A DNA stretch of 64,000 nt from Thermoplasmata archaeon. GTDB lineage: Archaea; Thermoplasmatota; Thermoplasmata; Lutacidiplasmatales; UBA184. The notes under the pieces are model-generated. The model worked only from the letters and a program-made list of their open reading frames with translations, did not search any database and had not been told where the DNA came from. Below, in pieces: positions 27,187-35,728 of this stretch. Location: NCBI GenBank assembly GCA_050011355.1, contig JBEKJG010000001.1:6875-70874 (forward strand), in the 5' to 3' direction. Each line of letters opens with the position of its first letter. Positions within the stretch are counted from its first letter, which is position 1. Made by a program: the position numbers and the translations under genes.

Positions 27187-28574
27187 GCGCCCGTGCGCGC
27201 AGCGGAGATCGCGGCGTCGAGGATCTCGACCGCCTCGTCGATCTCCTCCCGCCGGACGATCAGCGGAGGGATGTACCGGATGGCGGAGCGCCCGCACCCG
27301 AGGAGGATGAGGCCGCGGCGGTACGCCTCCGTGAGGACCCGGTCGCGGAACTGGATGGCGGGCTCCTTCGTGCGGCGGTCCTTGACGAACTCGGTCGCGA
27401 CCATGAGCCCGAGCCCCCGGACGTCGCCGATCTCGTCGTACCGCGCCTGGAGCTCGCGGAGCCGTTGCTTGAGGTACTCTCCCTGGGTCGTGGCGTTCTG
27501 CAGGAGGTTCTCCCGCTCGATGACCCCGATGGTCGCGAGCGAGGCCGCCGAGGCGACCAGGTTGCCCCCGAAGGTGTTCGAGTGGGCCCCGGTGCCCAGG
27601 TTCAGGTCCGCGCGGATCACGACCGCGCCCATGGGGAGTCCGCCGCCGACCGCCTTGGCGGTCGAGATGATGTCGGGCACCACTCCCGTGTGCTCGATGG
27701 CGAACCACTTCCCGGTGCGTCCCATCCCCGACTGGACTTCGTCGTCGATGAACAGGATGCCGTGCTCGTCCAGGGTCGACTTGATCACCTGGTGCCAGCC
27801 CTTGGGCGGGACGAAGTAGCCGCCCTCGCCCATGACGCCCTCGGCAAGGAACGCCGCGACATCGTCCGGTGGGATGGAGGTCTCGAAGTACAGTTCCTTG
27901 AGGATCTTCGCACAGTAGAGGTCGCAGCTCGGGTACTCCATCTTGTACGGGCAGCGGTAGCAGGTCGGAGCGGGGATGTGGTGCCCGCCGTTGACGAACG
28001 GCATGTACCGGGCGCGCTGGACCGGTTTCGACGTGGTCATCGACAACGACCCCATGGAACGTCCGTGGAAGGCCCCGAGGAGGCCGATGGTGATCGGTCG
28101 GCGCCGGTTCCACCGGGCGATCTTGAGCGCCGCCTCGGCGCTCTCGGTCCCGCTGTTGCTGAAGAAGACCTTCTTCGCGAACGTGCCGGGGGTGATCTGG
28201 GTGAGCTTCTCGGCGAGCTTCACCTGGAGGTCGTAGTAGAAGTCGGTCCCCGCGAAGTGCTGGAGGATACCGGCCTGGTCGCGGATCGCGCGGACGACGT
28301 CCGGGTGGCTGTGCCCGACGTTGAGCACGCTGATCCCGGAGGCGAAGTCGAGGAGACGGTTGCCGTCGACGTCCGTGACCCAGACGCCCTGGCCCGAGGC
28401 GGCGACGACCGGCTCAGATTTGGTGGTCGTCATGAGGAACTGCTGGTCGCGCGCGATGATCTTCTGGGCCTCCGGGCCCGGGATCGGCGTGCGGATCAGG
28501 ACGCCCCGGTTGGGCTTGGGACCGGTCGACGGAGGCGCCGACGGGGCGTGCGAGGCCAGCGGTGTGTCGCTCAT
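27183..28574 (-). CDS. class-III PLP aminotransferase (4-aminobutyrate / omega-amino acid aminotransferase-like)
   Basis: FFSNSGTESAEAALKIAR, FIDDEVQSGMGRTGKWFAIEH, and the PLP-lysine region ISTAKAVGGGLPMGA. Confidence 0.9.
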   Translation of the reverse strand: MSDTPLASHAPSAPPSTGPKPNRGVLIRTPIPGPEAQKIIARDQQFLMTTTKSEPVVAASGQGVWVTDVDGNRLLDFASGISVLNVGHSHPDVVRAIRDQAGILQHFAGTDFYYDLQVKLAEKLTQITPGTFAKKVFFSNSGTESAEAALKIARWNRRRPITIGLLGAFHGRSMGSLSMTTSKPVQRARYMPFVNGGHHIPAPTCYRCPYKMEYPSCDLYCAKILKELYFETSIPPDDVAAFLAEGVMGEGGYFVPPKGWHQVIKSTLDEHGILFIDDEVQSGMGRTGKWFAIEHTGVVPDIISTAKAVGGGLPMGAVVIRADLNLGTGAHSNTFGGNLVASAASLATIGVIERENLLQNATTQGEYLKQRLRELQARYDEIGDVRGLGLMVATEFVKDRRTKEPAIQFRDRVLTEAYRRGLILLGCGRSAIRYIPPLIVRREEIDEAVEILDAAISAARTGA

Positions 28575-28657
28575 GGTCGTGCCCTCGAGAGCGCCAGCGG
28601 GGGCATTAGTACTTCGGGGCGACCCCCTCGTCCGGCCGCGTCATGTGGACCGCCTTG

Positions 28658-28665
28658 CTTTAAGG
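28658..28665 (+). promoter_or_regulatory. TATA-like box CTTTAAGG
   Basis: An isolated AT-rich element about 30 nt upstream of the ATG at 28693, in the divergent spacer with the aminotransferase gene. Confidence 0.35.
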
Positions 28666-28692
28666 CAAACCGGTCGGCTCGGGCCCCGACGG

Positions 28693-28983
28693 ATGGACGC
28701 GGCTACCGACCGGAAGCTCCCGCGGGAGGCGGACGAGCGCCTGCTCAGCGAGGTCGTCCCGGCCCGCGCGGTGCTGACGGAGCTCGCCCGGGGCTTCCTC
28801 CTCGTCCAGGAATCCAACCCCGACCGTGCCCGAGCGTTCGCGAAGACGTTCCTCCAGGAACGCGAAGGGGCCTCGACAGAGGTCCGGACCGAACCGGTGC
28901 GCAGGGTCACCCTCGCCCGTCTTGCCCTCGGCCGGACCCCTCACGGGGCGGTCGAACCGCCGACCACCCGCATGCCCCGCTGA
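28693..28983 (+). CDS. hypothetical small protein (96 aa)
   Basis: An ATG about 30 nt downstream of a TTTAAGG box, with nearly all codons G/C-ending. MDAATDRKLPREADERLLSEVVPARAVLTELARGFLLVQESNPDRARAFAKTFLQE... No family recognised. Confidence 0.4.
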   Translation: MDAATDRKLPREADERLLSEVVPARAVLTELARGFLLVQESNPDRARAFAKTFLQEREGASTEVRTEPVRRVTLARLALGRTPHGAVEPPTTRMPR

Positions 28984-28992
28984 CGGGGAAGT

Positions 28993-29940
28993 TCAGATAC
29001 GTCGAACCCGCCGGTATTCCGCGAAATCGCGGGCGAACGTGCGGCGAGTGAGGGAGATCCGTACCCCGGCGGGGTCGCCGAAGAACGACCCCGGGCAGAC
29101 CAGGACGGAGGCGCGGAGGCACCGACGGGCCAGGGCATCTCCGTTCGGTACCCGGTCAAAATGGACCGGGGCCCGGAGAGCGCGGGCCGCGGGGATGGTC
29201 CGGGCCAGGACGGCGCGGTTCGCCTCGAATTGGCGGCGAACTTGCCGAACCAGCGGTGCACCCTCGCTCAGGATCCGAAGGGCCGAGGCGAGGGAGAACG
29301 GCGTGAGCTCGTCCGTGACCAGTCCCTGGAATCGGGCGAACGCGGGGACCTCCTCGGGAGGAGCGATCGCGAAGCCGACGCGGATGTCGTCCCCGGCGTA
29401 GAACTTCGTGAACGAGCCCGTCACCCAGACGCCGGGCCGACCGGCGACCGCGCGGGACGGGGCGTCCGAGAACTCCCGGAACGTCTCGTCGATCAGGACG
29501 GCCCGTGCGCCGTGGCTCCATTCCTCGAGCTCGGAGTCGGGCCAGAGGACCCCCTCGGGGTTCCTCGGGAGCGAGACGACCGCAAGCCCCGCCGGCTCCG
29601 GCGTTCGGCTCACCCGGAAGCCGGCCCACACCGCAACGTCGACGAGCGGGGGGTATTCGGGATACCGGACCCGAACCCGCGCAGAGGTCCCGCGGTTGGC
29701 CCGGGCCTGGTAGAGCGTGACCCACGCGTTCGCCTCGGTGGCGCCCGGGGTCAGGAAGACGCGTCGGGGATCGACCCGCAGCCGGCTCGCGAGCGCCTCC
29801 TCGAGGGCGCGGGCGGTGGCGCTTCGGATCTCCCGTGAGGTGGGGCGGGGGTGGCGGATCGAGCCCGCCATTCCGCTGCTGCCGAGGTTGTAACGACATT
29901 CTCGGTGGTCGTCGATCCAGTCGGCGAGGGGGAACCGCAC
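28993..29940 (-). CDS. class I/II PLP-dependent aminotransferase (short HisC/CobD-like form)
   Basis: LTPGATEANAWV, PRNPEG, LIDETFREF, and the lysine region GSFTKFYAGDDIRVGF. GTG start. Confidence 0.75.
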   Translation of the reverse strand: MRFPLADWIDDHRECRYNLGSSGMAGSIRHPRPTSREIRSATARALEEALASRLRVDPRRVFLTPGATEANAWVTLYQARANRGTSARVRVRYPEYPPLVDVAVWAGFRVSRTPEPAGLAVVSLPRNPEGVLWPDSELEEWSHGARAVLIDETFREFSDAPSRAVAGRPGVWVTGSFTKFYAGDDIRVGFAIAPPEEVPAFARFQGLVTDELTPFSLASALRILSEGAPLVRQVRRQFEANRAVLARTIPAARALRAPVHFDRVPNGDALARRCLRASVLVCPGSFFGDPAGVRISLTRRTFARDFAEYRRVRRI

Positions 29941-30041
29941 GACCGGCCAATGGGGGTGAGATTAAGGGAGTAGCGGGGCGAGAGGTCGGCCGCGCGCGGG
30001 TGGAGGCGAACGCTCATAGGAGGCCCGGTCGAGATCGGGGC

Positions 30042-30527
30042 ATGCCGCGCCGGGCGCCTCCCGCGCCGTCCGTCCGGGTCGGGCCGAACGGTCGGATCCT
30101 CGCGCTGTCGGTGGCCTGGTTCTCCGATGGCGCCGACCGTCGTCGGGAAGCCCGACGTACCGCCCGATGCGTGGAGTGTTCCGCGGCGTTGCCGAACCAT
30201 CGCACGCCCTACTGCTCGCGCACGTGCCAGTGGAGGTTCCACGGACACTACTTCTGGGATTCGGCCCGGTCCTACGTGATGCTGCGGGACCGATACCGGT
30301 GCCAGATCTGTGGGGCCCGACGCCGGGCCCGGGAGCTCGACGTCGACCATATCGTGGAGATCGCCCGCGGGGGAGCCGCGCTCGAATACTCCAACCTTCA
30401 GACCGTCTGTCGACAGTGCCACCGGGCGAAGACCCGGGCGTTCATGGCCGGGGGCCACCGCCCGCCCTCGGGCGTGCCCCCCGGGCCCGACCCCCCGCCC
30501 ACTTCCGACATCGCGGACCCGCTCTGA
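30042..30527 (+). CDS. stand-alone HNH endonuclease with N-terminal Cys-rich segment
   Basis: ATG at 30042. CVECSAALPNHRTPYCSRTCQWRFHGHY..., then CQICGARRRARELDVDHIVEIARGGAALEYSNLQTVCRQCHRAKT (the HNH core). Confidence 0.75.
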   Translation: MPRRAPPAPSVRVGPNGRILALSVAWFSDGADRRREARRTARCVECSAALPNHRTPYCSRTCQWRFHGHYFWDSARSYVMLRDRYRCQICGARRRARELDVDHIVEIARGGAALEYSNLQTVCRQCHRAKTRAFMAGGHRPPSGVPPGPDPPPTSDIADPL

Positions 30528-30571
30528 CTCCCGTCGGGGCTCCCGGCCCCCAGGACCTCCGGGCGGCCCGG

Positions 30572-31963
30572 ATGCCACAACCCAGATGTACCCGCAAGAC
30601 TCGCCATCGCTGGGGGATCAACACGAGCGTCCGCGTCGTGATCGGAGCCCAGTTCGGGGACGAGGCCAAGGGAAAGATCTCCGACTTCCTCTCCGCCCAG
30701 GCCCGCTACGTGGTCCGCTCGGCGGGCGGCCCCAACACGGGACACACGATCCACATTCCCGAGGGGACGGTCGTCCTCCACCAACTCGCGTGCGGGGTCC
30801 TGCGCCACAACGTCATTGCCGTGAGCGGACCCGGGATGGTCATCCAACCCACGAAGCTCGAGGAGGAGATCCAGGACCTCGAACGCCGGGGATTGCTCCG
30901 GGGCGAGGTCGTCATCTCGGACCGGGCGCACGTCCTTCTGCCGATCCACGAGATCGAGGACGCCTGGCAGGACGACCTTCGTGCGTCGAAGAACCCCACC
31001 GCTCAGCTCGGCACGACGCGCCGCGGTATCGGACCGGCCTACGAGGACCGGTACGGTCGATGGGGCATCCGGATGGGCGACCTTTCCCGGCCGGCCGTGG
31101 TGCGGGAGCGGCTCGAACTGCTGTACGCGATCAAGGCCCACGTGCCGAACCTGCCTCCGATCGACCAACTGGCCTCCCAACTGGTCGAGACCGGCGCACG
31201 GCTGGCGCCCTACATCCGGGGGACCGAGACGATGTTGTGGGATGCGGTCGCCCGGGGCGACGCGATCCTGCTGGAAGGCGCCCAGAGCACGCTCCTCGAC
31301 ATCGACTTCGGAACGTATCCCTACGTCACCAGCTCCCACCCGACCAGCGCGGGAGCGATGGTCGGGAGCGGGATCCCTCCGACCGACCTCGATTCGGTGG
31401 TGGGGGTCGCGAAGGCCTACTGCACCCGGGTCGGAGCAGGCCCGTTCCCCACCGAGGACACCGGCGACCGTGGGGAGTTTCTCCGCCGAGTCGGCGGAGA
31501 ACGGGGCGCGACGACGGGACGCGCGCGGCGGACCGGCTGGCTCGACCTGGTGCTGCTGCGCTATGCCGCGCGCCTCAACGGGTTCACCTCCCTCGCGATC
31601 AGCAAGGTGGACGTCCTTGGAGGCGAGGAAACGGTGCCCGTCGCGGTCGCCTATGTCCTTCCGGACGGGACGACGGTGCGCGACGGACTGCCCGTGGACG
31701 CCGGGGACCTGGCCAAGGTCCAGCCCGTCTACGAACAGCTCGAAGGGTGGCCGCCGTTCCACGAACGGCTGAAGGAGCGTCTGCGGCGGGAAGGCGCCTC
31801 CGCGCTCCCCGCGCCGGTCCGCCGATTCCTCGATTTCATCACGCGCGAAACGGGGGTCCCCGTGGAGTACGTGGGATTCGGCCCCGACCGAGACGAGACG
31901 CTGTGGCTCGGCCCCCCGACGCCGCCGGGGCGCCCCCGGTCCCTGACCGCGTGGTCGGGGTAG
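30572..31963 (+). CDS. purA: adenylosuccinate synthetase
   Basis: VVIGAQFGDEAKGKISD, GGPNTGHT, TTRRGIGPAYEDR, GAQSTLLDIDFGTYPYVTSS. The ATG at 30572 gives a 20-aa N-terminal extension, so the exact start is uncertain. Confidence 0.9.
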   Translation: MPQPRCTRKTRHRWGINTSVRVVIGAQFGDEAKGKISDFLSAQARYVVRSAGGPNTGHTIHIPEGTVVLHQLACGVLRHNVIAVSGPGMVIQPTKLEEEIQDLERRGLLRGEVVISDRAHVLLPIHEIEDAWQDDLRASKNPTAQLGTTRRGIGPAYEDRYGRWGIRMGDLSRPAVVRERLELLYAIKAHVPNLPPIDQLASQLVETGARLAPYIRGTETMLWDAVARGDAILLEGAQSTLLDIDFGTYPYVTSSHPTSAGAMVGSGIPPTDLDSVVGVAKAYCTRVGAGPFPTEDTGDRGEFLRRVGGERGATTGRARRTGWLDLVLLRYAARLNGFTSLAISKVDVLGGEETVPVAVAYVLPDGTTVRDGLPVDAGDLAKVQPVYEQLEGWPPFHERLKERLRREGASALPAPVRRFLDFITRETGVPVEYVGFGPDRDETLWLGPPTPPGRPRSLTAWSG

Positions 31964-31970
31964 CCGGTCC

Positions 31971-32843
31971 GTGGAGATCAACCCCTTCCTGTACGTCGCG
32001 TTCCTCCTGGGGTTCCTCGCGGGCCGGATCGTGCGCCCGCACACGCCGTGGGTCGGTCGGATCACGCTCGTCAACGTCGGTCTCCTCGTCGGACTCCTCG
32101 GCGCGAGCCTGGACCTCGTTCCGCCCGCGCAGCTCCTCGCGACCATCCCCCTCTCGCTGGGGTTCGTGGCGATCATCCTCGGGTGCACGGTCGGCATCTA
32201 CTTCCTCGTGGTCCGAGCGCGCCCCCCGCCGTCGTCGTCAACCCCCCCAACGGACCACCCCGAGGAACGCCGCGTCCCGGTCAGCCTCCTCCTGCTCGCG
32301 GCCCTGCTCGGTGGGTATGCTATCGGACATTTCGTCGTGCTCCCCACCTCGACCGGCCTCACCTGGGCGCTGTACGCACTCCTGGCGCTGGTCGCGTTCG
32401 ACCTCAAGCTCAGCACCGCCGGGCTGCGCCGGCTGTGGGTTCCTCTCACGGCGGCCGTCGGCGGCTCCCTCCTCGGCGCGGCCCTGTTCGTCGCCCTGAC
32501 CGGCGTTTCGGTGCCGGCCGCCTTCGCAACCTCGCTCGCCTTCGGATGGTACACCCTCGCCGGTCCCCTGGTCGGGGCCCGACTCGGAGCCGTGCTCGGG
32601 CTCCTCGCGTTCACGACCAATTTCCTTCGGGAGGACCTGACGATGTTGTTCTCCCCGCTCGTCGGCCGGCGCCTCCGCGGGGAAGGGTTGGTCGCAATCG
32701 GGGGCGCGACGTCGATGGACACGACCCTCTACTTCGTCACCCGGTACGGGGAGCGCGAGGCGGCCAGCCTCTCGCTCGCGAGCGGATTGGTCCTCACGAT
32801 CGCCGCCAGTCTCTTGCTTCCGGCCGTGCTGGCATTCGCCTAA
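31971..32843 (+). CDS. LysO/DUF340-like membrane protein (putative basic amino-acid exporter)
   Basis: GTG start and about 8 hydrophobic helices. It shows two-fold internal symmetry typical of DUF340 (…LGFLAGRIV… / …VALTGVSVPAAFATSLAFGWYTLAGP…). The assignment is tentative. Confidence 0.55.
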   Translation: MEINPFLYVAFLLGFLAGRIVRPHTPWVGRITLVNVGLLVGLLGASLDLVPPAQLLATIPLSLGFVAIILGCTVGIYFLVVRARPPPSSSTPPTDHPEERRVPVSLLLLAALLGGYAIGHFVVLPTSTGLTWALYALLALVAFDLKLSTAGLRRLWVPLTAAVGGSLLGAALFVALTGVSVPAAFATSLAFGWYTLAGPLVGARLGAVLGLLAFTTNFLREDLTMLFSPLVGRRLRGEGLVAIGGATSMDTTLYFVTRYGEREAASLSLASGLVLTIAASLLLPAVLAFA

Positions 32844-32850
32844 CGACGGG

Positions 32851-32857
32851 GTTAAGG
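32851..32857 (+). promoter_or_regulatory. TATA-like box GTTAAGG upstream of tRNA-Val
   Basis: About 30 nt upstream of the mature tRNA 5' end at 32884, in otherwise GC-rich spacer. Confidence 0.4.
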
Positions 32858-32883
32858 CGTACGGGCGTTCGCTCCCGAACTGC

Positions 32884-32956
32884 GGGCTCGTGGTCCAGTG
32901 GTTACGACGTCGCTCTCACACAGCGAAGACCGCCGGTTCGAATCCGGCCGAGCCCA
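32884..32956 (+). tRNA. tRNA-Val: tRNA-Val (anticodon CAC), no intron, CCA not encoded
   Basis: Folded by hand. Acceptor GGGCTCG/CGAGCCC; D-arm with AGTGGTTA loop; anticodon stem TCGCT/AGCGA with loop CT-CAC-AC; variable loop AGACC; T-arm GCCGG-TTCGAAT-CCGGC; discriminator A. Confidence 0.9.
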
Positions 32957-33171
32957 TGCCCCCCAATCCTTCTCGCGCACTTCGGCCTTCTGTCGGGGAT
33001 CGTAGCGCCGGGTCTTCTCGTCCTTCGGGGCAGCTCCACCTGCCGTGGGTGAAACGGGGCGGGGAGACTAGGCTCCTCGAACTGGTGCTCAGTGCCCGAC
33101 CTCCGGGAGAGGGGTTAAAGGACGGGTCCCGGTCGAGTTCTGAAGGGAGCGCCTCGGAACGGCAGGAAAGA

Positions 33172-34404
33172 ATGTCGAAGGCGCCGGTACGGGTGGACGG
33201 GAGCGGGCCGCTGGCCTTCACGCACGTCACCGTCATCGACTGCACCGGTGCGGCCGCCCGGCCCAACTCGACCGTCCTCATCACCGGCGGCCAGATCTCG
33301 GCCGTAGGGCCGAGCGATACCATCGAGATCCCTGAGGACGTCCGCGAGGTGGACTGCAGCGGAAAATTCCTGATCCCCGGCCTCTGGGACATGCACGGTC
33401 ATTTGACGGACGCGACGGAAGATGCGTTTCCGCTGCTGATCATGAACGGCGTCACCGGCGTGCGCGACATGGGCGGGGATCTCGCCCAGATCGATCGTTG
33501 GCGGTCGCAGATCCGTGACGGTACCCTCGTCGGGCCGCACATCCTCCGCGCCGGCCCGTTCGTGGACGGCCCCAAGGACGGCGTGACCAACCGACTGACC
33601 GTGCGCACGCCCGAGGAGGCGCGGCAAGCCGTTCGCAAGCTCCGGAACGAGGGCGTCGATTTCATCAAGGTGCACAATGCGCTGCCGCCCGAGGCGTTCT
33701 TCGCGCTGATGGAGGAGGCTCGAACGGAGCGACTTCCGGTGGGGGTTCATTTGCCGATGGGCGTGAGTTCCGCGGAGGCCTCCGATGCCGGGGTGGCCAG
33801 CCTGGAGCACATCGAAACCATCAACGAGAGCGCCCTCTGGCAACGGGGAGCCACGGCCAAGACGGTGGAAGAGGCGGTGGCCGCGAATCTCGGTTCGCTC
33901 GGACAGCAGCTGTTTCAGCGACTCGCCCAGAACGGAACCTGGTACGTCCCGACGCTCGTCGCCTACGAGCGCGGGTTCGTGCTGTGGAGCAATGATCCGG
34001 AGGCGCTGGTACCGCGGTTGGACATTCACCAAAAACACCTCGAGCTCGTCCGGAGGATGCACCGCGCCGGGGTTCCGATCATGGCAGGTTCCGACTTCTC
34101 CAATTGGGGGATGGTGCCCGGCGTGGATCTGCACAACGAGCTGGCGCTGCTGGTGGAGGCGGGCCTTACCCCCTTGGAGGCCCTGCAAGCCGCGACGCTG
34201 AACCCGGCGAAGTTCATGGGAAAGACCGAGACGTGGGGGACGGTCGAAGTGGGCCGCACCGCCGACCTCGTGCTGCTCGACGCGAACCCCCTGGACGACA
34301 TCAGCCACACCCGGAAGATCCATGCGGTCGTGTTCGGAGGCCGGTTCTACCCCCTGGCATCCATCCGATCCCGGGCCCTGCACGAGGCCGCTCGGCGGAG
34401 CTGA
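33172..34404 (+). CDS. metal-dependent amidohydrolase family protein
   Basis: ATG at 33172 preceded by AGGAAAG. THVTVIDCTG...VLITGGQISAVG...GKFLIPGLWDMHGHL, ...DFIKVH..., GSDF. The listed ORF start at 32890 runs through the tRNA gene and is rejected. Confidence 0.85.
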   Translation: MSKAPVRVDGSGPLAFTHVTVIDCTGAAARPNSTVLITGGQISAVGPSDTIEIPEDVREVDCSGKFLIPGLWDMHGHLTDATEDAFPLLIMNGVTGVRDMGGDLAQIDRWRSQIRDGTLVGPHILRAGPFVDGPKDGVTNRLTVRTPEEARQAVRKLRNEGVDFIKVHNALPPEAFFALMEEARTERLPVGVHLPMGVSSAEASDAGVASLEHIETINESALWQRGATAKTVEEAVAANLGSLGQQLFQRLAQNGTWYVPTLVAYERGFVLWSNDPEALVPRLDIHQKHLELVRRMHRAGVPIMAGSDFSNWGMVPGVDLHNELALLVEAGLTPLEALQAATLNPAKFMGKTETWGTVEVGRTADLVLLDANPLDDISHTRKIHAVVFGGRFYPLASIRSRALHEAARRS

Positions 34405-34733
34405 AGCGGCGACTCCTGTCCCGGGTCGCTCCGATCGGGGCCGAGGACGCGGAGCCTGCCTTCGCCGCAGTGGCGGCTTCCCATCGTTCTCTGGTGAGGT
34501 CCGCGAAGGGAACGGAGAGACGGCCGAACGGCTGGCCGTTGGCCGGGGGAACAGGGGGTGTTCCCCACGGTGGCAGGACGTCCGGTCGGGCACGACTCCT
34601 TGGGATGCCCGGTAGGGGCGAGCTAGCCACCGCCGGTGCGGGCTCCCTCAATCGGAATCAAGGTCCCGTCGATATACTCCCCCGAACCTGAACCGCTCGA
34701 CCCCTCAAGGGTCGAAAAGGAGAACCGAAGAAC

Positions 34734-35048
34734 ATGCCGACGCTGTTTGTCAAGTGCCGATCCTGCAGCCGAGAAATCCCCAGCCCGATCGCCGAGTCGA
34801 AGACCGGCGATAGCGGGGTCATGATCAGCAGCCTCCGAATCCGGTGCACCGGTTGCGGGCACGAGGATGAGTACTCCACCGCCGATTTCCACCTGCCCCA
34901 GGTCGTGGACGGTCCCCTCTCCGGCGGCCGGGTCACGGCGCAGGAGGACCTGGGCGCTGTGCATGAGGCCCAACTGCAGGGGGCCCAGGAGAAGCTCGCC
35001 GGTTACGGGGTCGTGCCGGCCGAGGGGCGATCGACCCACGAAGGATGA
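34734..35048 (+). CDS. small zinc-ribbon-like hypothetical protein (104 aa)
   Basis: ATG preceded by AAAGGAG (SD-like). CRSC-x29-CTGC cysteine pairs: MPTLFVKCRSCSREIPSP...IRCTGCGHEDEY. Confidence 0.5.
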   Translation: MPTLFVKCRSCSREIPSPIAESKTGDSGVMISSLRIRCTGCGHEDEYSTADFHLPQVVDGPLSGGRVTAQEDLGAVHEAQLQGAQEKLAGYGVVPAEGRSTHEG

Positions 35049-35212
35049 ATCCGCAAATCCAGGTCCGCATCGTCGGCCGCGGACGGGGCGGAAGAGCTCC
35101 GACGGACTCTCTCTGTCTGGAACCCACGAGGATCCGGGACGATGGCCGCAGATGGCCTCGCAGAAAAGCAGCCCCGGCTCGGAGGCTACTTCGGCGGGGT
35201 TGCCCCTCGGGT

Positions 35213-35527
35213 CTACGCGGTCCGGAACGTCATCTGGGCGAGCGCGGCGTAGGCGTCTCGGCGCGCCACGGCTTCCGGAGGGTTGGCGAGGTACGCCGGG
35301 TCCTTCATCGCGATCTGGCGCATCGCATTGAGCGCGGCCTGCTGGGACCAGTCCCGCAGGTGCTCCATCGTGTCGAACACGAGGCTCCGCAAGGTCTCGG
35401 GAAGCGCCGGCGGATAATCGACGACCCGGACCGTCCGGTCGCCCTTTGGGATCGGGTGGTGGCACCACGCGCACGTGACGGTCCCGTCCGAGGCGGTGGT
35501 GGTTTCCAGTTTGAAGGCGAGAGCCAT
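35213..35527 (-). CDS. hypothetical protein (104 aa) with CxxCHH motif
   Basis: ATG at 35527 inside ORF 35213..35575, with codons almost all G/C-ending. MALAFKLETTTASDGTVTCAWCHHPIPKGDRTVRVVDYPP... Confidence 0.5.
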   Translation of the reverse strand: MALAFKLETTTASDGTVTCAWCHHPIPKGDRTVRVVDYPPALPETLRSLVFDTMEHLRDWSQQAALNAMRQIAMKDPAYLANPPEAVARRDAYAALAQMTFRTA

Positions 35528-35728
35528 CGACAGTTCTAGGGGCCGGGGGACCTTCAAGGTTACCCCGCACCGCACATCGGGGGGTACGGTGGGACCCGTT
35601 CGACCCCGCCTCCTCCCCAGCCCCGAGGGAGGCGGCTTCCCGTGGGGGCCTGTCGCGGACCGAACCTCGGTGAACTTCGGTTGACGAGCCGTCTATAATC
35701 TCTTCCACGCCCCGGTGCGGTGAGTGCC

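Noticed and set aside
26149-28113. A 654-aa ORF suggesting a very long alcohol dehydrogenase.
   Set aside because: The N-terminal 309 residues are an off-frame read through the aminotransferase gene. The ADH begins at the ATG at 27186 (MRFGHLAG…), overlapping the aminotransferase stop.
30310-32499. ORFs 30310..32499 (+, 729 aa) and 30398..32197 (-, 599 aa).
   Set aside because: They are off-frame or antisense to purA and the LysO-like gene, which carry the real motifs. Their composition is Arg/Pro/Gly-rich.
32884-32956. tRNA-Val as a possible integration site of a genomic island.
   Set aside because: The flanking genes (a LysO-like membrane protein and an amidohydrolase) are ordinary. There is no integrase, and I did not spot a duplicated copy of the tRNA 3' half downstream.
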